Counted from the first letter of the whole stretch, positions 24,496 to 40,104 are shown. The stretch: DNA of 63,011 bases, filler included, from Phoronis australis (GCA_002633005.1; 6 parts of 6 records of this genome joined end to end with filler, not necessarily neighbours in it), one strand, 5' to 3'. The notes: a model not told the origin generated them from the letters alone. Numbers and translations: made by a program.

Positions 24496-27400
24496 AGTTG
24501 TGCTGAAGAATGCAGGGTACTGGCAGTATTGTGCAGGCAAAGCTTGGTTTTTACTGTCTTTGAGTATTCATGTTGTGCCTTCTCTGACTCGCATCCAAAT
24601 CTGCACTATTGCAAAATATCCTAGCCTCAGCTGCCTTAAATTTCTTAGAATAATCACTGACAACAGTCCAGTTTGTTTTACCTCCGCATTTATCTAAATA
24701 CGGTTGACATTTGAGGTCAAGGGTTTAGATGAGGTAAAAATGTTACAAGACACTGTCTGAAAGAAAAATGATTACTCATCCTTCTCGTATAGTTACTGCC
24801 ACCTATGATCAAAAATACGGGGCGGGAGGTTGTGGTCATCTCACGAACGCATGTTTGGTTAGAAGTGGGAGGTTGACCTGTCAGGGTGGAGATGGCATTG
24901 TTAGATGCAACTCAGTTACTGGCTCAGTTGAGAAAATCTGAGCTTTTGTGCTTTCATGACTTCTCTTTGGCTGCTATTGTGAATTACATTGGATGTTTTA
25001 GTATTGTCTTTGTTAATTGCTGTTTAATTCAGTTGCGGAATGATCTGAATGGACAGTTTGATGCTACATTTGTTTGATATGTGCAGTGATATTGTGTAAT
25101 AGTTTTTGTAATTACACCAGCTTGGCTGTCCTGATGTGCCTGATATGGAAATGATTTTGTGGTAATCTTGTGGGATCAGAATATCGATAATCATTGCATT
25201 GATCACTAATTATTGTGGAATTATTAATATATTATTTAATCCTCTTGTTGATTTTCAATGTCTGAAAATGGTTATGGCCCCGGCCCAGTATCTTTTTACC
25301 TCAGTCGTAGAACCTCTGTCAAAAATGCAGATTATCTGAACCCCGATGAACCATTAAATGGTGACTGCATGCCATTTTTAGACTGAGGTACTATATTAAT
25401 TGTCTTTTGGCCTCCCCCTCATCACGTCTCTGATCTGCCAGTGCAGGGCAGCCAGCAATCAAATTTTCCCATCTTAAATTAATTTTTCATGTAGTGTCCA
25501 TAATGGTCTTATTGTGGTTCTCCTGAGACCATATGTTCATTTAATCAAATTCCATTTTACCTCATTGTTTTTGTGCTTTGGAATTCTTACTTTATTGAGG
25601 AGTGTTGACCTTAAGTTGCCTGAATGCGGGCATTGATTGTTGGTATATTGGGAGTTACAATAGGCTCGCTATATTGTGCCAAAGCTGTGTAACTGTAACC
25701 AGTTAAAAAATTCAATAGAGGTGACATTTCCTGTCTCTTGAAGTTATTAAATCGTACCAGGTGAGCCTGTGGCAAAGTGCTTGGTTATAGATTGTTATTT
25801 AAAGGATGTAAGAAAGAAACTTATTAATTATTATTTGTGTAGTGGGCTGGTTTTTTCAGACATGTTTAATTTCCATTAATCTTGAAGCAATTTCAAGTGC
25901 TGCTGTTACTTTTAATGCAAGGAGTCATGCTTTCATGTGATGTTAAGTCATTGACAAATTATGAATTCCCAATTAGACATTTTGTAGTCCAGTATACACG
26001 TATATTGAACTGTAGTACTCTCTTACTTAAACATTCCATCTTTGTTACAATATCACAGCAGGTGAATTTTGTATAGTTTTGTGTTTTATATCATTTTATC
26101 ATATCATTCCATTTTCTCATAAAGAGGAAATGACAAATAAAATTGTTTATTTTACAAAAATAAATATACTATTGACCTTAAAATCTGGTGTAATGTTTTT
26201 TTTGAGATTGTCCGTGACCACAGATTGCCTCTGCTCCATCGGTGATGTTTTGTGGTGGTTATGTCAATGTGAAGTCTTGAACAATTCCTGCAATGATACA
26301 TCGTAATATTCTGCTCAAATTGTCACCACTGCTTGCTTGAAAATGATCAAATTGTTATCTAGGGCTATCACCCAAAATCAGTTATTTCAAATTTTTCAGA
26401 GAAATCCCATTGAAATTAGACGGTCCATTGAAATATGTCCATGTTTTATCAAAACGCCTCACTATTTAGGAAAATGTCATCGTTTCCAAACAATATCGAG
26501 GGTAATAGTTTGCTGAGAAAAAATCTAAGCAAACAAGCATAATATGTTACTATTTGAAAGTTGGACTAAATACGCACCAGTGAAAACATGTACCAGGACA
26601 AATAGCTATCAAATGACTAAATCGTTACAGACACAGATCCGTCACAGACTTGTATGGGGATCAAAAGTAGTAATTTGGAATCTATTCCGCCCCATTATTA
26701 ATGTCAGTTCATGTAGTCGCAGTAGTCTTTCTGTACTTGTACACTTCAGATATTTTTACTTGGCATTTTTACCTAATGATGCATTACATAGTTTTCCATA
26801 CAGAGGTTGCAAGTTGGAAATAAGACATCAACATTTTTCTGTTACAACACTGGGAAACACGGTACCCAACAATACTTTTAAAATGATTGTATAATTATGA
26901 ATTTATTATTCAGTACACGCATATACAATAAACCCAAACAACAAAATAGTACAGTACACTGTACTCTCACTGAAGTCAATTCATCAAGTAATTTACAAAA
27001 TCTTCAGCAAGTGCCCTGAAAATCTGACAATGAAAATCAGACACAGCGATGTAACAAGACAAGGACTAGCATTGGGACCATTCAGCCAGATGTCATATTG
27101 GTCAATGCAGCCCACAAAAATTCCCTGAATGCATCTATGATGAATGGCCAAGAACATCACATGACTAAAGAAGAACCCAAAAGCGAGCACTTTAACCCTG
27201 TTGGTTACTCTGTCGATGATTTCCTAGTTCTGTGGATTGTTGAGGCTCTTCATGATATAAATCAAATGCATATATCCTGTTTGTGCTTCAAATTTATAAG
27301 ACTGACACAGCACTGAGCAGTATGACCTTCATCACATAACTTCTTTCGACTGCACATTTTACACTTTGTGGCATGGACCATGCAATAACTTTTTTGAGGT

Positions 27401-28532
27401 TTTTGTGTTAGTACAGTATTGTAATTGGCTTCATAATGAAAATTAATAAATACACATTTGTATCACTTTTCATGACTAAGATACTATTTTGGGCCACTAA
27501 AATGCAACAACGTTCACCATGGCCATTGAGCAACATCTAACTAGCAAGTCATTATAGTAATCCAGCACAAGCAGACAATGCACTACATTTTTATTCATTA
27601 CATTTTGACACTTACCAACACCAATAAAACATCCAGAAAGGCGGATATTCCAGTTCAAGAGGTGTGGAATGTCCAGTTAGGTCACCTAATCACTGGAAGT
27701 GAAGGTGTGCTTTAATTCTGTATTTTTATTGGTTGGTTTCATTCAGCTTTGAATGAATGACTTCCCACAATCCATCATGTGACAGCTCACCTACATCTAT
27801 GTGTAGAAGGTTATCTTTGCTACAAAGCATACACTGCACCGAACGTTATCCAGTACATCTAATTTCCTTTAAGTCATACAAATTACAAAGTGAACTCAAT
27901 TTCTGATTCAACCAATTTAAGTGAAAATTGAGTCAGACCGAATATTTCAATTATATATTACATTAAGCCAAACATAAGCCGGCAATTCAGAACCTAATAA
28001 TAAAATTCACACAATAAATATACCATACACAAACCATTTCTGATACATAACAGAAAGTGTCAATCCAATGTACAGTTAAGCCTATCTTAAACTGTAACAC
28101 ACGTAAATATTTCTAAATCAACATTCTAAGCACACCAAACTCATTAATTGCCAAACGTAATGAATGATTAAGCGTTTTGTCTTACCTTTGTCTATGTCAT
28201 GGCGAGAATCCTCAGTTAATTCAAGTAACTGCGCACTATGCCCATGCACAACCGTGTTCTATTCAGACCTCTATTCAGTATAACTACTACTGACCTTTTG
28301 CATTTTTTCTGAGTGTTCTTGCAATCGAGCAATATGGTTAGAAAAGGCAACTTCATGTGTTACGTGACGTGCCTACCGTTCAGTGACTAAACCACGTTTT
28401 CTCATATTGCTTAAGCATTGCTACCAGTATCCGGAGAGCACATTAATCAAAACATAACAAAACTCTGTTGGATGACTTTCATAGGTTGGTGTTTTCTCAC
28501 TGCATACATCTCAGCAGTAACTATGAACTCAA

Positions 28533-31500
28533 TCACCCGTTAACACTGGCAGTCTGTATATGCTCCAGCAAGTGGTCACAATATTTAGGGCTGCGATGTT
28601 TGTGCTTAACACTGTCAATTTCCTTGGCTAGCAAATCAGGTCTGATTGACGAAGCATCCTTCAGGATTTCTGAAATAAAATATGCAGCTTAGCAGTGACA
28701 CTGAGTTCCTTAGAACTGTTTCAAGGTGATTGCTCATCACCCATCGCAATCTGCACAGACCCAAGAACAGAAAGACACGGTTCCTTTTCTCACAAGCCCC
28801 CTTATCTTCTTATGAAATGCAATTATTCTTTGCTGATATATTACACTGTTGATTTTCTCATGAACCACAATTCATCTAATTTTCTGACGGGAAGAAATGA
28901 GAAAGTGTTCGCTTGGTACAGTGGTTAAAAAACTGTTTGTACAATACAACAGCCTGTGGTTTGTGAGGAAAGAAACAAAACCGTAAAAAGAATAGCAGCA
29001 CATGAGAAAGAAAATATCTCGGCTAGTGACAATACCTGTGGTGCGTGAGGGAGAGTTCAGCATTAACATAAAAATAACACTATTCAAATTCTGTAAAAAG
29101 TCTAAAATTATCCAATCGTCTGCGTCACAACTGAATTAAAGTCTGACAATGAAATAAGTACTAGCAATAAGCCTGCTACTCCTGAAAATATTGCAACAAA
29201 GGCAAAATGTTTCTTCTGTAAACTTTAAGGTTATGTAGGACCTTACTGAGAAGTCTGCATATTTAGATAAATATCTAAAAAAACTATAGATTTCACTCGG
29301 TAAAAGTATACATTTTATGAAAGTAGAAAGATATTTTACTTCTTAATCCGACATTAATTGGGTCACACGACCATGTCTTGGTAGTATTAGCAAACCAGGA
29401 AGCTACATTGATAACAAAACAATAGGTGGACATCAATAACATGATCAGATTTTATTTGATACTAATATTCCAAGACGAGATCTCAAAAACACTGTTACAA
29501 ATTCATTTCGTTTTCATTTTATGGAAGTTGAGAATATTTGCATGGAAACTATAAATGTCCTGTTTTTGATAACCCTCACGCAAAAAAAACAACAATTTAT
29601 TCCTAATAGATTTTGGAGTACAGTCCAAAAAGCATTGTAAGTGAAAGTTTCGTAGGAATCCAATCAGCCATTTCTGAAATATGAATGATGTTCCAAAGTC
29701 AAAAAAATTTAAATATTTTTCTGTGGTCCAATATAACCATAACCATAAGAACCGAAGCAAACCAGATGACACCAGTACGGAAAATGCTGAGGAACTTAAA
29801 GATTCGACAAAGCACAGCAGTGTCAGTCTCACCTAGTATTGCCTCCTGTATCTTTGGACTTGGATCGTCCAGATGCACAAGCAAACCTTTATAGATCTCT
29901 TCCAAGTGAGCCTTGTACAAATCCCCGTCGAAGCCGCCTTCAAAAGCAGCAAAATATGCCACAAATGTCTGTGCGGCGGCCACGCGCACGTCGTCGGAAC
30001 TGTCGTCCAATCGCTTCAGCAGGTCAGGATAAGCATTATGCAAATGATGACGGTCGAGATGAGTCGACATCAGGCGCAGCAAGCGGGTAATAACACGACA
30101 CGTGACCAGGCGCGTAGTTTTGTTATCGTCCGTCATAAGTGAGATGAGCTGAGTGAGTAGGTCCTGAATAACCTCTGCGAGCTGCAAAGAAGAGCAAAAA
30201 AACTTATTTCGCTACATGAAAATAAGTCAAGAACAACTTGTTATTAATAAATGACCCAACCACTTGTTGTTTTTCATGCCCCAATGTACCCTCCTTCAAC
30301 GATTTTCGATGTCAAAAACAAGTTTTGAATTAAATGATTATGGCTATAAAATATGACTTAACTTGCACTTAACTGTGATTAGAAGTGATTCTGGGCTATG
30401 AGAAAAATCCTTGCATTTGAAGACAAACTCAATAAGTTAAACTGATCAGCCTGCCATAGCATGAGCAGACATCATAATGGTGGTAACTAGGAGGCATATT
30501 GTCATTTGAACACATAGCGGGCAGGCACTCAGAAACTATAAGGGGCTCATTAGCTGCTTAGCTTTGTAGTAATTCAGTCATGTGCTTCTCAGTTACTGTA
30601 GCCTTAGTATACATTACTTATGACGACCTTTACTAACAGACGACCTTTACTAACAGACGGGCTTAAAGGGAAATATTTTCAATGCCACTGATTGAAAATT
30701 GTTTACAAAGAGCTTTGCCTCAGGCAACATGAATATTGTGGTCAGTTGCTGAATAATTATATACACATATGATTCTCCACTTCAAACACTGGGATAAGAG
30801 CGGATGCTCTATCAAAAGCAGATGGCATTCAAAACGGACAGTCCAGTTTCTTGTAGACCCACCTTGTCTGGTACAAGCACACCACTCTGCAGGAGAGCCC
30901 AGAGACAGGAGATGGCTGTGGTACGGATGGCCCCCGCCGTCCGTCCAGCCTTCCATATACAGTTGGGGATGATCATGTCACGTACGACGGTCACAGCAAA
31001 GTTACCAAATCTGGACACATAAATGACAGGAATGGATCATCAAGAGTTCAACTTCAAAATCACGTGACAAAATCAAATAGATTAAGCTAAATGAAAAATG
31101 TGCTCTCAGCTTGGTGCGAACACACTTGGCCAAGTCATCTATTTTACATTGAACAACACCCAAAATAAATTAAATATGTTGTGCATCTCTGGTTACACCT
31201 GCACCTTGAAAATTTCCAGCTGCATCAACAAAGGTGTTTCTCGTGGTGGAAACATACCCTCGTCTAAATAGGAACAAAGTTTAAAAAATTGTAGAAATCC
31301 TACAATTTTGTGAACAGATCACGGCAAGTGGATGTGAAGCCCTCCATCAAAATAGTGCATACTAATCGGTCACAAATTGTTTTTTCTATTTCAACTAAGA
31401 CAACTAAAACTTGTTTCTGAAACTTATATCAGATATTTATAATCGTTGATTTGCTCAAAAGGGGCACTGCCAATACCTCTTATTTTTTAAAAGTTATTAG

Positions 31501-34500
31501 ATTGAAACAGCCTGTGTTCAGATTGCTGCTAACACCAATGTCACGACTGAAACACTGACAATCACCAGGCAACAGAAGATTCTATGCGGAAGTAAGTTTT
31601 CATAATAACAACAATAATAACAATAATAGTAATCTAATAATAATAACAATAACAATAATATTAACAATAACAACAATAACAATAACAACAATAACAATAA
31701 TAACAATATTAACAACAATAATAACAATAACAGCAATAACAATAATAGTAACAATATTAACAATAACAACAATAACAATAATAATAATAACAATAACAAT
31801 AATACCTCTGCTGAGAGTCTAGTGTAACGGGGGCGTTCATGACCAGACGGGAGAGCAAAGAGAAAAACTTGAGGCGTAACTCAGCGTCCTTGTCTGGATG
31901 AAGGTTAGTGACAAGCACTGGAATGACATCTTCCAGGAGTTCACCAACCACAGGGCCTGTATGGGATATAGAGAAATATCCATTATTCAACATGAATGCA
32001 ACACTTTCAAATGAATACCTTCAACTATATACAGTACAAGCCAAGGGTGGCTAAGCCATTTTGTAATTAGAATTTTCGCAGCTGCCATCTTCATTGGTCA
32101 TTTTAGCTGTAAACACATTTAGCCGTCATAATGGGGAAACGTTTGTTTGAATGGTGTTCTATAATGCATTGCAGAAATCCTACAAAATTCTCAAATGGTA
32201 AAATGGTCTATAACTCATTGATAAAGGGCAAAGGGCATGACCAATTATGTTTTCGCTTGTTACAAGATCCGAATATTTATGAGCTGGGGGTTGTTGATCC
32301 AGATACAATTGACTGTAACAGTGCTGTTAGCGTGTGCTCTACATTTAATGCGAGAACGTGTAGATGCTCATTTGAAAGTTGCTGTGCATTACCGACATTG
32401 CTTGAAATGATATTGCCATGGTTTCCACTACGATCACACTTCACTTCATGTAAATTAAAGTTTACAAAATAGATCTCCTATTACCAAAGCTTATATGGGT
32501 CAACTCCCGTCATCACGTGGACCTTTATGCTTTGCGGACGTTGACCCACTTAGGAAGCACATGAAACTAAGATACTTCTCTTATCTTATAATAGCCTGAG
32601 GACTGCATTGTTAACGAATTCTTTCTGTATACGTGGACCTAATTGTTTTAAGGTAAACCATAAATGCTATATTGAAAAGACTACTTCAGAAAATTCATGA
32701 ACGGCAAGAAACGTCACATCAACCAAATTCGACAAGACATTATGCAAACCAGTCACATGTGGAGTTGACACCTACCTGACTCAAGCAGCAGAGTGTCAAA
32801 GACGAGGCGTTCCACTGAGTAGTTGGTCCAGTCTACGTAGCTGCTCTGAAAACCTGCCAACACCTGCTGAGTGTGCAGGTTGAACAAGTGCTGTCTGTCC
32901 AGTAGATTCTGTGCCTGGGACAACAGATCCAACAGTTGATGCGCCTGAAAACGTCCAAAAGATGCACATTTCGTAAAGACAATTTCAAAAGCTGGAATTT
33001 GAATTCAGCCAATAACCACTCTGCTGTTAGTCCCAATTAATTTCTTCCCAAAACTTAATAATTTAATTATTTATCTAGTTTGGTAATACAATAATCCTGA
33101 AGTGACACATAGAACAGGCAAGCTGGTGTCCCGTTACCCTTTACTCTTGAAAACAATGAAGTTGGTGCATAACTTTGCTCAGGTGTAGTTCAAACTATTC
33201 AACACGTTACCCACATTGCAACCCTTCTCGGGGTTCCTGGACTAACATGAATTGTGTAAATATTTTCCATATCATTAAAGAGTGAAACAATAACGCAAAA
33301 ACGCATCAGAAAGCGATCTTTGCATAATGCAATGCGTTTCAGGAAGGTTACATGAATATACAGAGTAAGTATCAAAAATAATCAGACAAAATGGGCCGAA
33401 ATCCGCCATAATGGCAACTGAGTGCAAGCAAAATTCACCATCAGAATAATCACCACGATAAGAAACTGTACTTTTGGTGTGTAGTGTAGTTAATAATGCC
33501 AAATGTACGTAATATTAAAATCTGCTTAAAATAACCAAAGATTCACAATTATTGCAAGATATCAACAGCATTAACCTATCTTCTGTAGGGTTATTTAGGA
33601 CTCTAGAAAAATGTCCAAATTTGGAACATATTTAGAAATGGAAGACTGGATTCATATCAAAATTTAACATACTATGTTTAATGCACTGTTCTATAAGGTT
33701 CTGGGACACACAGACCATGCCAAAATGGAGAAAATGCTGTCGAGCACTAAGGAAAAATCACAGCATAAGATGAATAGGGCATCTGACGGTAAAACCAGGC
33801 GATTGTGCAAGAAAAGAAACCCCTTCTCAGTGTTTAATTTATAATTCACCTTTGTTTGTACATCCTCGTCTTTCTGTAGAGCTAATACAGTGATCAGAAC
33901 AGTGAACAGAGACAGACTGATCTCACTGCAGTCCTCCTTGACAACAGTTACTAAGGACTCGACACATGACAGTATCTGTTCTTGAACCTTTGTCTGAAAA
34001 GTTAAGACAAGGAAATTAAACACCTCCGACTTTTTTGCTGACACAAAATCAAAACTGCAAGCAGAGATTAAGTAAAAATTTTGAAAAATTGAAAAGATCT
34101 ACATTTTAGCAAAATTTAATTCCTGACCAAGCTGGCTAGGACAGCGTTTTTAGCTCACATGGGATTGAAGATAAGATTTCCTTAACGATTTAACTCCTTT
34201 GGATCATTTTTTGAATAACTAAGTAATTTCAACAATGACCACCTAGCACGCAAGTCAAGCACACAAAAAAAAATCAAAACACATTTTGTTTGGAACACCG
34301 GACTGTAAACAGCCGAGTAGGTGACAGTTTCTTGCATCAGAAATAGCAGGACATTAGATTCAATATAAAACCATAGCAACTTCAGAACAATCACACAACT
34401 TAACGTCCAAAAACGTTCCAAGCCAGATAAAACGCAAGCGTCAAAACTTCTAAGGCCAAAGAAAAATCCTCCATTATTTGGTATTAAATAAAGCCTATTG

Positions 34501-37500
34501 AACAAAAGGCGACTCATCTCCTCAATACCTCCACAGACGCGCAGACTCCTTCCAGAGACAGAGTATTGCAAATGTCCACCAGGTGGGGTTTCAGCAGCGA
34601 CCTCTGTGACCCGCGAACAACAGCAGCCAGCACCATCAAAGAACCGTAGGTCTGTGTAGTCTTGACATTGGATAGCACCAGACTACACCAGGTAACCGGG
34701 TCAATGAAATAGCCGAGCAGTTCAGCTGATCTCACCACCTGCAACACGATGTTGAAGTCATTTTGTCTTCGAAGTACGTCATGCAATTTTGACTCGATTC
34801 GTTTTTTTAACTTATCTCAAATTTTTATAGAAACAGGCAAGATTTTTGTTCGCAGCAACACACGTTATAGAAATAAGTGCCAGACGTATGATTAATGAAT
34901 TAAACTAGTTTTAAGCTTCCTTGCCCAGTGATTGTAATGTGACATAGCGTGACAACGGTAACTTAGCCGATATGAATCCTTTAACGCTCCATGAAAAGTG
35001 TGCCCTGGCGCATGTTTTTCACATTCTAGTTGAGATCACAATACACAGTGCATTCTGAATTTAATGAACAGACGGGACTTTCACATTGCTTAGTCAAAAA
35101 TTCCACATCCCATCACCATGGCAACCTCAGCACACACCAATGCGTGTTTTTTCTCACTGTCATAGAAATCATAACTTATCATTAATTCCGATCAACTTAC
35201 AACCCCAACACACGACTACAACATCGCTATATCAAACCCTCCACGCGTCACCACCTCGGTGATCACATGACCCACCTGCGTGACGACCTCCCGCTCGTCG
35301 TCATGACACGCCCTGTACATTCCCGTCAACACCAGTTGCAGATGCTGAGTTGTATATTCTTCGTTGTTGAGCAGTAGGTAGTAGAGAAGCGACGCCGACT
35401 TGATTCTGGTAGCCGCCACCCAATCACCGAGGTCCTTGACAAGACCGGGCAGGATCTTGGACTGGTTACGGAACATCAGGTACCGACAACCGAGGTTAGG
35501 TCGCTCCACTGACAGAGAGAAAATATCACATTGAATACACCACCATGGTACGGACGAAAAACAAATTCTTAAAAAAAGTACTAAAAAGTATTAAATGTCC
35601 TCGCATTAAAACATGTTTAACTTGATACAATTACAAAAGAAAGACAATGTTCCAAAAATACTCTTCAATACAAAATTTGTAGCCACTTGCTGGGATACTG
35701 CATTTTGAGAACCAGTATTCCCTGCTGAATAACTGGCAACAAACTGGTTCTCAACATCTGAGACACCTGTAAGTGACTATTGGCCAAAACTCAAATAAAA
35801 GTCACAAAAATTGCCTTTGCTAGGTCATCAGAGGCTTTTTTGACCTCCGCGTATTTAGCAGTGAGTAATAAATCTCGCTCCAATTCAATTTTGCTTTGAA
35901 GAAACCAAAAGTGGACGTCAATGGGACGATACATGGATCTCCTAAGATCAGGAGCCTGTTTTGCCAAAGCTTGTATCCCCAGTCGTAGCCAAGAAATCAT
36001 TGTTGGCATATTGTTATGAATGAGATGTATTTCAATTCATCTCTAAGACATAAACATTGTAAATGACGTAAATTTCATCATTGTTGACCGTATTCACACT
36101 CAATGGATACCCTTATACAGAAAAGAGGTGGTTGCTGAAAAATTCCCAGGGACAACCGTTTCAGCTATGACTGGAGATAAGTTGTTGATTAAGAGGGCTT
36201 CTAACAACGGTCTCTCTGCATTGTGAATCTGTACACCATCATTACCATTAGGTGGGTAGTGAACGGGGTCTGGTTTGGCAAAGTCTTCCTTGTCCTTTAG
36301 ATCGTCCTCATTCTCACGGCCATACTTAATGCCTGGAAAAACAAATTAAAGTCTTGTACACAACTCTACAACTGCAGCACAGCTGAGCTCCAACCCTAAT
36401 ACGTCCAGCCAAGTGTTGCTTGTTACACACCATACCTGCCATACCTGTCTGGGTTAACACCCATGCTCAGCTTACCGGTCATCCCTAACACACACATAAC
36501 TACATTAAATGTGCCCTCAGTCGTAGCTCCCCAAAACTTCGCAAAACTCACTTACCACTGAGTAACAATCAATCAGTTTCAGCAGAACCTTGCTGAGACT
36601 GCTCGTTATTGAAGGAGACATGAAATAATTACTCTCGAGGATCATATGTTGAAATATCATCGTTATTGAGTATAAAACAGTGAAAGCGTTTGACACGTGC
36701 AAAAAGCCCTCAATGTTTTTAAGCAAACATTTAAAAATACTACGCATAACAAATGTCACCCTACTTGACTGCTATCTGTGATCACTAAATTCTAGAAGCT
36801 AACCTCTTTTCTACAATTTGGCCATGTTTTATTTGTCTCTAGGATGTGAAGTATGACATTAATCTAGCAAAGATATGATGCAACATGCCATTGATCTAGC
36901 AAAGATATGATGCAACATGCCATTAATCTAGCAAAGATATGATGCAACATGCCATTGATCTAGCAAAGATATGATGCAACATGCCATTGATCTAGCAAAG
37001 ATATGATGCAACATGCCATTGATCTCGGACACCTTGAGAAATTGGAAACCATTTTGGACACCCTATTTTTGAAATCCTGGATGAACGCCTGTCCCAAATT
37101 AAGCACTCTGGGTGATAAGTGCAGCAGTACTTTCATAGCCAAAATAAACAATGTATTGCGGTGTTTTCTTCCACAGCGAAATTATTCCTTTGTTTTTTTT
37201 AATTTTATACATTTAAGTAGCATATAAGCAACTATCTATCTGTGACGAATGATAGTTATTTACAAAATAATGATCAACCTTTCTCCTACTTGTCTGAGCT
37301 CAGTAACACAAGCACAATAATGAACATGCGGAAAATAAACCTAAAAACGCTCATCACTTTCAAAATTTTTGTTCACAACTTCACCATATTAACCATTTTG
37401 TAATTTTAATTTGTATTTAATAAGCTACTTCTGTGGCATTAATGACCGACAACTATCACCAGATGAACCAATACTAATAGTAAAACACAAATAAGTCACA

Positions 37501-40104
37501 TCCAACTGGATCGCGAGATTTTGTCAAGGTAAGGCAAAATGCGACTTAACGGAAGGACCAAGTGCATGAGCTTGAACAACAGTATCACTCAGTGAACTTT
37601 GCCAGAGCTAAGTTAAAATTTGCGCCCGACCTATGCATGTTTTACTTCACTTGAATTAAAGAAAACTTTGCCGCAAACACACACAAGTACATGTACAAAG
37701 GAAACAAGGTGGCAAGAAATTTTTAAATGCATACCAACATCATGCCACAAGGCATCAGCAAGCTCGCTGATCTCTGGCACCTCATCGGTTAAACCGGTTA
37801 AAAGTAACGGCATCAGCTTGTGAAAAAAGGAGTACCGATCTGGGAGGTCCAGTAGCCATGTTCCAGCAAGGCTGACCACAGCCTTGCGGACGGCTGGAGC
37901 TTGGTCAAAACATCTCTGAGCAAGATGTGAGACGACGTCGTCAACGTTTTTGTTGTGTCCGTATTGAATGACATTGCCTGAAAAAGAACATACAGAAATA
38001 TAACTAGTAATGAGCATGTTAACATTTCAGTTAAACCTAGATAACCCATGGTTTCTCTCATTATTAGTTAGTTTCTGAAACCTTTACGCTGGTAAGCAAA
38101 CAGAAATGAACTATTCAATGTTTTGGTAAATTTGCACCAACAAATTTTTGATACTTAACTCCTACTGTGGTTCATCCAATCATAGAACAGTAAAGGTACA
38201 TTAGTCAAGCATTGTTAAATGGTTCACATTGTGAGTGCTGATACCAGTACTTCGACAATAGAATCCCCATACAGCTAGCTGGCTGGTAAATAGCCTTGCT
38301 GCAAAGCTGTGGGTAAAAAAATGACAAATAAAATCTGACACAAAATTAGTGTACTACACTAACTTATTTAGTAGAGCTAAAATTTGTCGTTCTACTATTG
38401 TTCTGCAGCTAAATTTGTAGAGTGATCTCATGCGTAGTCTTTCAGCACCATGAAATAGAGCGTCACCTATTGGCCAGTTTCTTTTTTCACAGAATGTTCA
38501 ATCAACACAAATTATGTAAACTGGTTTTACTTCTTTAACAGTTTTTGTTATTTTTTAAAACCAGCCACCAAATTTAAAGGCAAACTTAAGCTTCACCAAA
38601 GCTCTCATCATCTTCTGAAAGATTTCGTAAAAATTAGCAGACGTTTTCAAGTCAACAACAGACAAAAATCCAGCAGATTATGCAATAAAATGACATTTAT
38701 TACATTGAAATCATTTTATATGGCTGTAACAGTGAATGTTGCTTGACTGCCAGATTTTGCATGCATCCCCATTGATTGTTAGCTCTACACGTTGATATAC
38801 ATTTCACGACGAAGTGAAGAGCAGAACTACCCAGGTGGTGCGAAATTTCGAGGTCTGTGTGAGGTTAACACTTAGCGGTCCCTAGCTGTATTTAGATGCA
38901 AGTCTTCATACAGCCAGCTGGAGAACTACAGAGCTGTTTACACTACAAAAGTTTACACCGATCAACTGACATGGAACGAGATGTTCTAGCGCAAGTATGT
39001 GTGTAAACAGGACTGACCTGATGCAAACTGACACAGAAGTGGCAACTTTTGTTCGTGAGGTAGAGCAATTTGCGCTCAATCATTGAGCTCCATATCAATT
39101 ATGTGTCTAAACGTGAAACTGGGGCAAGGCGGAAAGGATCATCCCTACTGCACTTGTGCAATGACCTACATATGGGTTCTCTGTCTCTGCAATGCCCACC
39201 ACTTGTAAACCTGCGCATATGGGTTCCACTCTCCAGCCTACAAATTCCGTCTTGCCACAGTGAGTTGCGTGTGTAAACGGCTGCTTGCCACCGATCAAAT
39301 TGTTCCGTGTCAGTTGCGCTGGACCAAAAGTTGATGTCTAAACCGGACTTAAGTCTCAGGCTCAAGATATTAGTACCAAATTATTTTTCATTTCAGTCTA
39401 AACATTTTTGATGCATTCCCTGCAGTATAGTAAATAACTTGACTTGGTAGATCCCTGTTGTAATACTCACAGATAGCACTAATAACCTCCACTCGAACTC
39501 TAGAATGTTGATGTGTTACAGAATGCAACAATGGCTTGATCAAATTCTCCGACTGTGAATAAAAAGCTTGAGGTACAGACTTTGCAAGAGCAGATGCACA
39601 TCGGCAACTCTCTTTTTTAACTTCTGGAAATGGATCTTCTATGAGACGTTGCAACATTTTAACCATGTCGTCTATAAAAATGGCAATGTTTAGTTTTGAA
39701 ACGGCAACAACTTTTGAGAGAAGTTCCGACATTGATAATCGCAGTTCTTCCGATTGTTCCACTATTTCTTGTTGTCCAAGTCTTTGAACAAACACTGGCA
39801 TTAAAGAAGGCAGTATTTCATCGGGTTTGGGCACGGTATCGACATACTTTGTAAGAAGATCAATTGAAAGCTCGCGACATTTTTCGACAGGGTCCGAGGC
39901 AAGTTTCAGAATCTGGCGAAGAATAGTGTTCATTACGGACTGAATTGTCTCTGGAGACACTTGCGGTTTTCTACCAAAAGTGTCCTTCTTAATTCCTTCA
40001 AGCGCTCTCTTGCGAGTATTCCTGTTTTCATCTCCTAAACAGTTAACATGCCTTGCTAGGCTTTGAAGAATTTCATCGGCACTCATTTCTGCCGCTACCG
40101 CCAT
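28533..40104 (-). CDS. DNAAF5: Dynein axonemal assembly factor 5 (HEATR2), complete, 11 exons, about 834 aa
   Basis: Exons 39471-40104, 37735-37977, 36246-36332, 35276-35508, 34529-34738, 33850-33993, 32776-32944, 31806-31956, 30863-31010, 29833-30181 and 28533-28669. All are GT-AG and phase-consistent, totalling 2505 nt. HEAT-repeat motifs include DPVEKCRE, DRYSFFHKL, RPNLGCR, WKAGRTAGAIR, LLKRLDD and LLVHLDDP. Confidence 0.96.
31603..31803. repeat. (AAT/AAC)n trinucleotide microsatellite in a DNAAF5 intron
   Basis: About 200-bp tract starting directly at the donor site of the exon ending at 31806. Confidence 0.95.
36861..37025. repeat. 32-bp minisatellite, 5 copies
   Basis: Unit (g/a)atctagcaaagatatgatgcaacatgccatt starting at 36861, 36893, 36925, 36957 and 36989, with no spacers between units. 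Confidence 0.95.

Noticed and set aside
31518-31799. Poly-Leu ORF
   Set aside because: Translation of the AAT/AAC microsatellite.
36861-37025. 32-bp direct repeats resembling a CRISPR array
   Set aside because: No spacers, no cas genes, and intronic in a eukaryotic gene; a plain minisatellite.
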